A stretch of 16,298 bases of DNA, taken from Promethearchaeota archaeon. GTDB taxonomy: Archaea > Asgardarchaeota > Lokiarchaeia > Sigyniarchaeales > SOKP01. The notes beneath the pieces are model-generated. The model was not told where the DNA came from and did not search any database. It was given only the letters and a program-made list of their open reading frames with translations. This document shows, piece after piece, positions 1 through 7,545 of this stretch. The stretch spans positions 1 to 16,298 of the forward strand of contig SDNY01000081.1 of assembly GCA_004524535.1 (NCBI GenBank), read 5' to 3'. A program made the translations under genes and the position numbers. Numbering within the stretch: the stretch's first letter is position 1; each line of letters opens with the position of its first letter.

Positions 1-2
1 TC

Positions 3-803
3 CCGCCTGCCCTTAAAGGAGCAGCTATTTATTTTTCAATAAAAAAAACTGTTGCGGCTTCTTCGGTTAAAGAAGAAAAAATAGTCCTCGCACCAAGATT
101 AGGTCGTGAAACTTTTTATTCTTTCAAAGGAAGCAGGGATATTGATAAGGACAATTGGAAAGGGAATGAGGAAGTGCCAATGTTTGAGTCAATACAACCA
201 GTTCCATGTAAAACATGTCGCGGCAATGGATATATTGAAGATAAATGTAAGCCATGTAAGGGTACAGGAAAAATTGTAGAAACTTGGGCAGTTCTCGTAG
301 GTGAAGAACAGAAAAAAGAAAAAAAAACATTTGAATATCCATGTGGAAATTGTTATGGCACGGGCAAATTACCATATCCATGTAAAGAATGTGGAGGCCA
401 TAAAAATCTCTATAAATACGAAATTCTCCCAGTTCCTTTCAAAACGGTTGCAATGGGTATACCTATACTTCACAGCAGTTTACAAACTAAATATGAAAAA
501 GAAATGGGAAAAGATCTACAGGAACTCATTGAAAAAGTAGAAGGTATAAAATTTAGCGATTTCAAAGAGCTTAACAATAAAGCAGAAGGGTCATTAGGTT
601 ATTGGGATAAAAATGTTAAGAAAACAATTAGCGCAGCGGGAAGCGATTACAAAACCCACGAAAAAGATAAAGACACAAAAATCCAATCTCAAATATATCT
701 CTATCCTATGGTTAAACTCAATTGTAAATCGAAGCGGGGAAAATCATTCGAAATCTTCAGTATAGGGTCTGAACAAAACTTTATGATATATTCCAATTTT
801 TAA
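3..803 (+). CDS. 5'-truncated DnaJ-type (CxxCxGxG) zinc-finger protein, possibly SSUH2-like
   Basis: The frame of ORF 174..803 is open without a stop back to base 3 (PPALKGAAIYFSIKK...NWKGNEEVPMF), so the true start lies upstream of the window. Four Cys motifs: CKTCRGNG, CKPCKGTG, CGNCYGTG, CKECGGHK. No J-domain HPD motif is visible in the window. Confidence 0.8.
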   Translation, partial: PPALKGAAIYFSIKKTVAASSVKEEKIVLAPRLGRETFYSFKGSRDIDKDNWKGNEEVPMFESIQPVPCKTCRGNGYIEDKCKPCKGTGKIVETWAVLVGEEQKKEKKTFEYPCGNCYGTGKLPYPCKECGGHKNLYKYEILPVPFKTVAMGIPILHSSLQTKYEKEMGKDLQELIEKVEGIKFSDFKELNNKAEGSLGYWDKNVKKTISAAGSDYKTHEKDKDTKIQSQIYLYPMVKLNCKSKRGKSFEIFSIGSEQNFMIYSNF

Positions 804-833
804 TTTTTAGCTAAAAATTTTTTTTATTTTTTA
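802..833 (+). terminator. Putative terminator: 18-bp palindrome followed by T-tracts
   Basis: AATTTTTAGCTAAAAATT (802-819) is a perfect palindrome overlapping the stop codon and is followed by T-runs. Confidence 0.45.
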
Positions 834-910
834 TATCTTATTGATGAGCATTTACTAAATCTAGCTTATAACTTAGGTTTCATTTTTTTAAAAAATAATA
901 TTCTGATATA

Positions 911-1576
911 ATGGATTTAATAGCTGTATCTTGGAGTGGAGGTAAAGATAGCGCCTTGGCGCTTTATTATTCACTGTTGGAAAAAAAATTTGAAGTTCAT
1001 TCATTACTAACAACAATCTCTGCCGAATATAATAGAACAAGTATGCATGGTATAAGGATTGAATTATTAGAAAAGCAAATCCAATCTATTGGAATACCTA
1101 TTAATTTAATTTCTCTCCCTAAGGATGTTAGTAATGATGAATATGAAGAAATTATGAAAAAAGAAATGATTACTCTCAAATCTCATCAAGTTTTAAGTGT
1201 TATGTTTGGAGATATATTTTTAGAAGATCTACGTGAATATCGAAAATCCAATCTCGCTAAAATTGGAATGAACGCTTTATTTCCGCTCTGGGGTAAAAAC
1301 TCAATAGAATTGGCTAGAGAATTTATAGATTTAGGATTTAAAGCAATTATAACTTGTGTAGATTCAACTTATCTTAATGATTCTTATGTTGGACAAATAT
1401 ATGATGATAATTTCTTATCAACACTACCTTCAAATATAGATCCTTGTGGAGAAAACGGAGAATTTCATACCTTTGTGTTTGATGGACCCATTTTCTCTTA
1501 TCCAATAAAATTTAAGAAAGGAGAAATTGTATTCAGGGAAGAACGTTTTTATTTTATAGATTTAGTTCCACAATAG
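911..1576 (+). CDS. Dph6/MJ0570-related PP-loop ATP pyrophosphatase (diphthine-ammonia ligase-like family)
   Basis: PP-loop SWSGGKDS, SMHG, FGDIFLEDLREYR, FPLWG and DPCGENGEFHTFVFDGPIF motifs. Confidence 0.9.
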   Translation: MDLIAVSWSGGKDSALALYYSLLEKKFEVHSLLTTISAEYNRTSMHGIRIELLEKQIQSIGIPINLISLPKDVSNDEYEEIMKKEMITLKSHQVLSVMFGDIFLEDLREYRKSNLAKIGMNALFPLWGKNSIELAREFIDLGFKAIITCVDSTYLNDSYVGQIYDDNFLSTLPSNIDPCGENGEFHTFVFDGPIFSYPIKFKKGEIVFREERFYFIDLVPQ

Positions 1577-1640
1577 ATTAGATTCAGTATTAAAATATTT
1601 ATATGATTGTAATCCTTAATTCTTATAATTAAAAATTGAG

Positions 1641-2369
1641 TTGAAAATAATGTTAATCGATCCAAAAGTAACTAAATTGTCAATCTTTAATGGTGGCGGC
1701 GGTATTGTAGAGAGAGAAATTAAGCTTAGCTTAAGCCAAGGCACGAATGAATTTGAAATAGCGAATGTACCAGCGAGTTTTGATCCAAATTCTGCTGATA
1801 TAAAATTAGAATATGTCTCTCCTACTGATAAAGATCTCATTACATTACAACAAACAATAGTTTCTTTACCAGATGCAAATACATCCCAACAAATAATTGA
1901 TCGTGAAAAATCAGCAGCGACTAATATTATAACTTATAGTATTGACTTTACACGTGAATTACGAGAAAGAGTATCTGAAATTTGTGAAGCAAGTTCATAT
2001 AGGACCTATGCAGATATGAAGGGCACCTTTAATTTTATAATAAATTCAAAGATAAACGGCGAGGTTATTGTAAAAATTCTATATTTTATCGCAGATCTTC
2101 GAATTAAATGGGAAACCACACTTCAAGTGAATATTAATGATGATGGGAAATCTGCTGAAATAGAAGCCTATCTTGTTGTAGATAATCAAACAGGATTTTC
2201 TTATGAAGATGTAGAATTAGGATTTGCGATCTTTGAGCTTCCTAGGACTACTTTTGAAACAACTAGCGAAGAGTTTGCTTATGCTCAAAACATACCCATG
2301 GAACAACAAGCTTTTTCAGAGTTAAGTAAACAAAAGCGAACACAAAGAATGAGAAATTTAATGTTATGA
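1641..2369 (+). CDS. DUF4140/DUF4139-family protein, N-terminal part
   Basis: VTKLSIFNGGGGIVEREIKLSLSQGTNEFEIANVPASFDPNS resembles the DUF4140 N-terminus. IKWETTLQV...AYLVVDNQTGFSYEDVEL resembles the start of DUF4139. Start is TTG 1641 or ATG 1650. Confidence 0.7.
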   Translation: MKIMLIDPKVTKLSIFNGGGGIVEREIKLSLSQGTNEFEIANVPASFDPNSADIKLEYVSPTDKDLITLQQTIVSLPDANTSQQIIDREKSAATNIITYSIDFTRELRERVSEICEASSYRTYADMKGTFNFIINSKINGEVIVKILYFIADLRIKWETTLQVNINDDGKSAEIEAYLVVDNQTGFSYEDVELGFAIFELPRTTFETTSEEFAYAQNIPMEQQAFSELSKQKRTQRMRNLML

Positions 2370-2380
2370 GGCGATAAAAA

Positions 2381-3067
2381 GTGAAAGCAAATATACCAAC
2401 TCGGAATAAAATTAAATTAAATTGGTTTAAATCAAAAGCAAATCTTGATATTGAACGAAATATAAAAATACAATACGATGCAAGTAGTGTTACATATAAT
2501 AAACACAATTGGGAGGTCTCTGTAAAATATGTTCTTGTTAAGGAAGGAGATCCTAAAGAAATCCCTGTAAATTCCCCTATGACTCTTTATAAAGGTGGAC
2601 TTCCATTCTTATTTCTCTCTACAGCTGGGATTATTGGGAATAAGATTATTTCTGAAGAACTTATAGATGATGATATAAAAATTGATGATGATATTGTACA
2701 GGTAATAGAGGGCGAAGAAAAGGTAACTTATGAAGATGCAAGTGACCCAAAACAACATATTGAGGTAAGAACTCGATTTGATAAGATTTCTCGAAGAATT
2801 ACTATTGAAAACAAATTAGATAATGAAATTGACTTAGTCCTTGACTTCAAACAAACGAAAGACATCACCTTTGTTAAATCAACTCCAGAACCCTCTACAA
2901 TAGAAGAGCCAGATTATAAATTTGAGATTAAAATTCCCTCTGAAGAAAAATCAAGGATTACGTTGGAACTTTCGGCTAAAATCGTAAAACGAGTAACAAA
3001 AATTAAACCTGAATTTATAAGAATCGAAAAAGTCAAACCTGACTTTATAAAAAAAGAAGGACAATAA
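2381..3067 (+). CDS. DUF4139-like C-terminal beta-sandwich protein (partner of upstream gene)
   Basis: RRITIENKLDNEIDLVL...YKFEIKIPSEEKSRITLELSAK resembles the terminal beta-sandwich of DUF4139 proteins. GTG start is preceded by SD-like GAGGCGA (2368-2374). 11-bp gap to the upstream gene. Confidence 0.6.
   Translation: MKANIPTRNKIKLNWFKSKANLDIERNIKIQYDASSVTYNKHNWEVSVKYVLVKEGDPKEIPVNSPMTLYKGGLPFLFLSTAGIIGNKIISEELIDDDIKIDDDIVQVIEGEEKVTYEDASDPKQHIEVRTRFDKISRRITIENKLDNEIDLVLDFKQTKDITFVKSTPEPSTIEEPDYKFEIKIPSEEKSRITLELSAKIVKRVTKIKPEFIRIEKVKPDFIKKEGQ
2999..3058 (+). repeat. Imperfect 30-bp tandem duplication (KIKPEFIRIE / KVKPDFIKKE)
   Basis: AAAATTAAACCTGAATTTATAAGAATCGAA versus AAAGTCAAACCTGACTTTATAAAAAAAGAA, 24/30 identical by manual count. 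Confidence 0.7.
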
Positions 3068-3095
3068 TTGAGAAAACAAATAGAGATTTGATATA

Positions 3096-4112
3096 ATGGG
3101 TCAAAACGAAATCATTGAACCATCAAATTTATTTCAAAAAGATGGGTCCCTTATGCAAAGGGGATGGTGCAGGAAGCCGATTTTAGTCTACAACAAAGAA
3201 GATATTGGAGCAAAAAAGTATCGAATTAAAGAATGGGACCACTATTCAATTTTGAATAAGGAATTTGGGTTTCAATTAACCATTGCCGATATAGGGTATT
3301 TAAGGTTGATGGGATTTACGTGGCTCGATTTTAAAAATCAGGTTAGATTTGGTAAAGAGACTATTCAACCTTTCAAACATATAGATTTACCTAGAAGCTC
3401 ATTAGAAGAAAGTGATATTATTTTTCCCAGTAAAAAACTGAGTGCTAGTATTTCTACACGTAAAGGTAAAAGAATAATTACGATAGATCATCCAAAATTT
3501 GATAATAGAGGATTAAAAGGAGAAATTATACTTTATGATGATCCTAAGTTTGATAACACTGTCGTTGTTACAGGTTATGACGATCCTAAAAGATTTTATT
3601 ATAATCATAAGATTAACTATATGCCCGCAGAAGGTACAATGCAAATGGGCAATAAATCTTATACTTTCGACCCAGAGACTTCGTTTGGGCTTTTGGATTG
3701 GGGGCGTGGTGTATGGCCATACCGAACTCATTGGTTATGGGGTTCTGCCTGTGGTAAAATAGATGGTGTTCCAGTGGCCTTTAATGTCGGGTATGGGTTT
3801 GGTGATTTAGAAACTCATACGGAAAACATAGTATTTTACGATGGAAAAGCACACAAAATTGATGAGGTTACGTTCCATCACGAGAATCGAGATCCAAAAA
3901 AACCTTGGCAATTTACAAGCAATGATGATAGATTCAACATGGTTTTGATCCCACTGATTCCAGAAGAAGCAAAATTAAATCTTGGAATCATTAAGTTAGA
4001 TACTTCAATACTTCATGGCCTGTATTCCGGAGATATCGTTCTAGATAATGGTGAGAAGATTCATATTGATGAAATGTTGGGACACGCTGAGGATATTTAT
4101 TGGAAATGGTAA
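3096..4112 (+). CDS. DUF2804 family protein
   Basis: KEWDHY, TIADIGY, FYYNHKIN, LDWGRGVWPYRTHWLW, NVGYGFGD..THTEN and DGKAHKI motifs characteristic of DUF2804. Confidence 0.85.
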   Translation: MGQNEIIEPSNLFQKDGSLMQRGWCRKPILVYNKEDIGAKKYRIKEWDHYSILNKEFGFQLTIADIGYLRLMGFTWLDFKNQVRFGKETIQPFKHIDLPRSSLEESDIIFPSKKLSASISTRKGKRIITIDHPKFDNRGLKGEIILYDDPKFDNTVVVTGYDDPKRFYYNHKINYMPAEGTMQMGNKSYTFDPETSFGLLDWGRGVWPYRTHWLWGSACGKIDGVPVAFNVGYGFGDLETHTENIVFYDGKAHKIDEVTFHHENRDPKKPWQFTSNDDRFNMVLIPLIPEEAKLNLGIIKLDTSILHGLYSGDIVLDNGEKIHIDEMLGHAEDIYWKW

Positions 4113-4124
4113 AAACTTATTTCT

Positions 4125-4751
4125 TTAAGAGATATCTATTATAAAGACCTTATCAAAAACATCAGGTAAGCTATCAATAATTTTTTTTCGCAATGTTCGA
4201 GTAAAAATTAAAGCTATAATGGCGCTTAAAACAAATTGTATTAACGAATTTAAGAAGAATTCAATTAACGCAGCAGGGAATCCAAATAATAAAAGTTCAT
4301 ATATAAAATAACCAAATACCATAATAAGTCCTCCCACAATTACTGCTATTATATCTCTATAATTGAATTTTTGATAATTTTTTCTAGGATTTGCAATAAC
4401 TCCGACAATAAATCCTTCCAACCCTTTAATAATTAAAGTTGCGGGGGCATAGATTGCATAACCTAAAAATATATCAGCTAAAGCAGAACCAACTCCTCCA
4501 GCGATTCCACCAATAACAGGCCCCAATAATAATCCTGCGATCATTACTCCCAAATCTCCGATGTTAATAAATCCTTTTGTGGCCGGAATAGGAATAGCAA
4601 TAACCATTGTTAAAACACAAATTAAGGCACCGAAAATACCTATCATGGCAAGAGTTATAGAATTCGTTGGCAAAAAATATCCCATAAAAATTTTTCCTTT
4701 TGAGGGAACGTATCTTTTTTCTTTTTCCTCTGTTTCGCTTTCATTATTCAT
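4125..4751 (-). CDS. ECF transporter substrate-specific (S) component
   Basis: About six TM helices. Motifs IPIPATKGFINIGD, GPVIGGIAGGVGSALADIFLGY and APATLIIKGLEG. Confidence 0.88.
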   Translation of the reverse strand: MNNESETEEKEKRYVPSKGKIFMGYFLPTNSITLAMIGIFGALICVLTMVIAIPIPATKGFINIGDLGVMIAGLLLGPVIGGIAGGVGSALADIFLGYAIYAPATLIIKGLEGFIVGVIANPRKNYQKFNYRDIIAVIVGGLIMVFGYFIYELLLFGFPAALIEFFLNSLIQFVLSAIIALIFTRTLRKKIIDSLPDVFDKVFIIDIS

Positions 4752-4912
4752 TTTTTAGACCTTTTTAAGATGAAAAAATATAATCCTCCATTAAGTTCAA
4801 TAAATATCCGGATTATCGATATATTTAAAATCTTTATTACTTATTAATCTTTATTTGCATAATAAACCTAAATATTTGAGTGAATTCTATTCATTATTAT
4901 AATAAATAAACT

Positions 4913-5687
4913 ATGGTCGAAGTGGTAATAAATTCTTATATGGGTAATATTTTTTAGTATTTTGGGAAGCATTGGAGCAATCTCCGCCGCTGCAGTTTTT
5001 GTTTTTTTGGCGGATAAAGCTCGAAATTACCTTATTCCTATCTTAATTGCGTATGCTACAGGAACTCTACTAACTGCTGCTTTATATGGGCTTATACCAG
5101 AAGCTATTGAAGGTGCAGGTGGCGAGCCCCATGGAATAATGTTATTTGTATTAGGAAGTATTCTTTTTTTCTTTTTTTTGGAGAAAATAATCATTTGGCG
5201 TAATTGTTCTGACGAATCGTGCGATGTCCATGCAGCAGCGGGACCTATTGTTCTGGTTGGAGATGCGTTTCATAATTTAACCGATGGTATTGTAATAGCA
5301 GCAGCATTCTTGACAGATTTTACGATTGGCATTGCTGTGGGTTTTGCTATATTAGCACATGAGATTCCTCAAGAAACAGGTGATATAGGTATTCTTCTTA
5401 ATGGGGGATTTTCAAAGAAAAAGTCTTACATATATAACGCAGTATCCAGCAGTACAACAATACCTTCAGCAATTATAAGTTATTTTATTTTAGAATCAGT
5501 AATAATTATAACACCTTATATTTTAGCAATTTCAGCAGCAAGCTTTCTTTATATCGCTTTATCAGATTTAACACCTGAACTTCATCAAAGATTAGGATTA
5601 AAACACAGTGTACGACAATTAATTTTTATTATAGCCGGAATTCTTACAATGTTGCTCATTTTTATGATCGCAGGACATAGTCATTAA
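4913..5687 (+). CDS. ZIP family divalent metal (Zn/Fe/Mn) transporter, apparently +1 frameshifted near its 5' end (intact frame 4932..5687)
   Basis: TM4 GDAFHNLTDG and TM5 HEIPQETGD motifs, LIPEA, and a CSDESCDVH loop. In-frame TM1 (ILIWVIFFSILGS) extends upstream of TTG 4962 to a TAA at 4929-4931. ATG 4913 joins this frame if one A is removed from AAA 4930-4932. Confidence 0.88.
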
Positions 5688-5838
5688 TAGATTGAATATT
5701 AAATCTATTATAATAAAATATCAAGAGTTAAAAGAACTAAATTGAAATGATGATTAATCCTTCATCAACAAACTTATTAATCCTATGTAATTATACAAAT
5801 AATAGATATAGACATCTTTGAATTAAAAAGTATCAATT

Positions 5839-5952
5839 ATGAAAGATAGAACTTCAAATATATGGTTGGGTATTTTTCTACTAATTATTCTACTAATTAT
5901 TCTAATTACTAATATTATTATAATAATGCAGCTCGTAAGGAAATATTACTAA
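5839..5952 (+). CDS. Putative 37-aa single-pass membrane microprotein
   Basis: ATG 5839 to TAA 5952 gives MKDRTSNIWLGIFLLIILLIILITNIIIIMQLVRKYY. It lies below the ORF-track length cut-off, in an otherwise empty 318-bp gap. Confidence 0.5.
   Translation: MKDRTSNIWLGIFLLIILLIILITNIIIIMQLVRKYY
5878..5907 (+). repeat. 12-bp tandem repeat CTACTAATTATT x2 plus a partial copy
   Basis: 5878-5889 and 5890-5901 are identical and are followed by CTAATT. Encodes LLII-LLII-LI. Confidence 0.8.
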
Positions 5953-6005
5953 GAAGAAATCCTATATTATAAAAAATTATGAAGTTAGAATCGAAAAAAT
6001 TGATT

Positions 6006-6482
6006 TTATTTAATAATTTCATTTGATGCATAAGCTGATAATATTTCACCGTAAAAATAGTGGTGACTGCTCATATTTGATTTCTCTTCATGAATAATTT
6101 GGCATTCATAATTTAAAATGCAATCTTTTATTGTAGGCACTTTTGTAATTTTTCCTGGGATTATTTCCAATCCTGCCTTTTTGAATTTATCAGTATTTCG
6201 ACCAGAAGAGAATCCTGCTATATCTATGGCATGAGCCGTTTTTCCGGATGGGATATTAATAGTAAATTCTTTTACGCCCTCAGTAATTAGAGTATAAGTA
6301 TATCGACTATAAGCCACTTGAGCTCTGATGACAGGTTTATTCTCAAATTCAAAAAGTTTCTTCCAATCTAACGCCATGACGTTGAGTTTTCCATTCTTAT
6401 CCATCGTAACCATTAACGCAGTAGTTCTATTAAAATATTCCACATACTCGTATGGTCCAATTTCTTTTCTATTTTCTGACAT
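6006..6482 (-). CDS. Flavin reductase-like FMN-binding split-barrel protein (flavoredoxin-like)
   Basis: GKLNVMALDW, RYTYTLI..VKEFTINIP, GFSSGRNTDKFKKAGL, VPTIKDCILNYEC and HHYFYGEI motifs. Confidence 0.88.
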   Translation of the reverse strand: MSENRKEIGPYEYVEYFNRTTALMVTMDKNGKLNVMALDWKKLFEFENKPVIRAQVAYSRYTYTLITEGVKEFTINIPSGKTAHAIDIAGFSSGRNTDKFKKAGLEIIPGKITKVPTIKDCILNYECQIIHEEKSNMSSHHYFYGEILSAYASNEIIK

Positions 6483-6574
6483 AATTTATCTGATTAGTTA
6501 ATTTAAATTAATTATATTATTAATTGAAACAAATATCATTTAAAATTTATTAAAATAAATAGTGAAGATATATT

Positions 6575-7534
6575 ATGAGTCCAGATATAATTGGGATCGG
6601 GGAACTCTTAGCTGAAATTATGCGAACAGAAGTCGATATTCCTCACGAAAAGATTGGTGAAACATATAAAGGCCCTTTTCCAAGTGGTGCTCCTGCTAAT
6701 TTTATTGATTCAGCGGCTCGTATGGGAAAGCCGTTTAATATCTCAACAGGCTTTATTGGAGTAATTGGAAATGACGAGTTTGGAAATGTAATTGTTAATA
6801 AATTGAAAAGAGATGGAGTAGATGTCTCTCAAATTAGAATTGCTAAAGAAAAAACTACGGGTATAGCATTTAATCAATATAATTCTGATGGTTCAAGAAA
6901 ATTTATTTTTGCGGCTGGGGCTGCTGGTGAAACTAATCCTGGAGACGTTAAAGAAGATTATTTTAAGAATGTTAAAAGTCTTCATATAATGGGCAGTGGA
7001 TTATCAATCAGCGAAAACTCACGAGAAGCATGTTATAAGGCAATAAAGATTGCGAAAAAACAGAATTCTAAGGTAGTGATCTCATTTGATCCTAATTTAC
7101 GACCCGAAATGCTAGAATTGAATACAATTATTAAAATTTGTAACCCCGTTTTAGAATCGACTACTATTTTACTCCCAAGTGGAGAAGAAGCTGAAATGTT
7201 AGCAGGAGTTAGTGGAGAAAAAGAAGCGTGTCAAAAATTATTAGATAAAGGGCCTAAAATTATCGTATTGAAACAGGGTAAAAGGGGATGTACAATTTTT
7301 ACAAAAGATAATGTAGATGGAATTATAGTACCAGGGTTTAAGGCAAATGAAATAGATCCGACGGGTGCAGGAGATTCATTTGGAGGGGCATTTATCGTGG
7401 GATATTTAGCAGGATGGGATTTAAAAAAAGCAGCAAAATTTGCTAATGCTGCAGGAGCTTTAAAAATAATATCCTTAGGTCCCATGCCTGAAACTACTTA
7501 TGAAGAGGTTATTAGTTTATTAGAAAAAGCTTAA
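6575..7534 (+). CDS. PfkB/ribokinase-family sugar kinase
   Basis: IGELLAEIM, GPFPSGAPANF, IGVIGNDEFG, SFDPNLR, LKQGKRG and the DPTGAGDSFGGAF signature. Confidence 0.93.
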   Translation: MSPDIIGIGELLAEIMRTEVDIPHEKIGETYKGPFPSGAPANFIDSAARMGKPFNISTGFIGVIGNDEFGNVIVNKLKRDGVDVSQIRIAKEKTTGIAFNQYNSDGSRKFIFAAGAAGETNPGDVKEDYFKNVKSLHIMGSGLSISENSREACYKAIKIAKKQNSKVVISFDPNLRPEMLELNTIIKICNPVLESTTILLPSGEEAEMLAGVSGEKEACQKLLDKGPKIIVLKQGKRGCTIFTKDNVDGIIVPGFKANEIDPTGAGDSFGGAFIVGYLAGWDLKKAAKFANAAGALKIISLGPMPETTYEEVISLLEKA

Positions 7535-7545
7535 TGTGATACTTT

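Noticed and set aside
124-540. ORFs 124..381 (-) and 301..540 (+)
   Set aside because: Shadow or alternate frames inside the zinc-finger gene, with no recognisable motifs.
2367-2384. TGA stop of the first DUF4139-like gene as selenocysteine or readthrough joining the two halves
   Set aside because: The frame hits another TGA four codons later (GGC GAT AAA AAG TGA), and the second gene is in a different frame.
3486-3596. Recurrent DHPKFDN / YDDPKFDN / YDDPKRF peptides in DUF2804
   Set aside because: Short, irregularly spaced loop similarities that are not a regular repeat array.
997-3762. ORFs 997..1179, 1616..1840, 2263..2508, 3513..3731 (-) and 3535..3762 (+)
   Set aside because: Short ORFs overlapping well-supported genes, consistent with antisense or alternate-frame artefacts.
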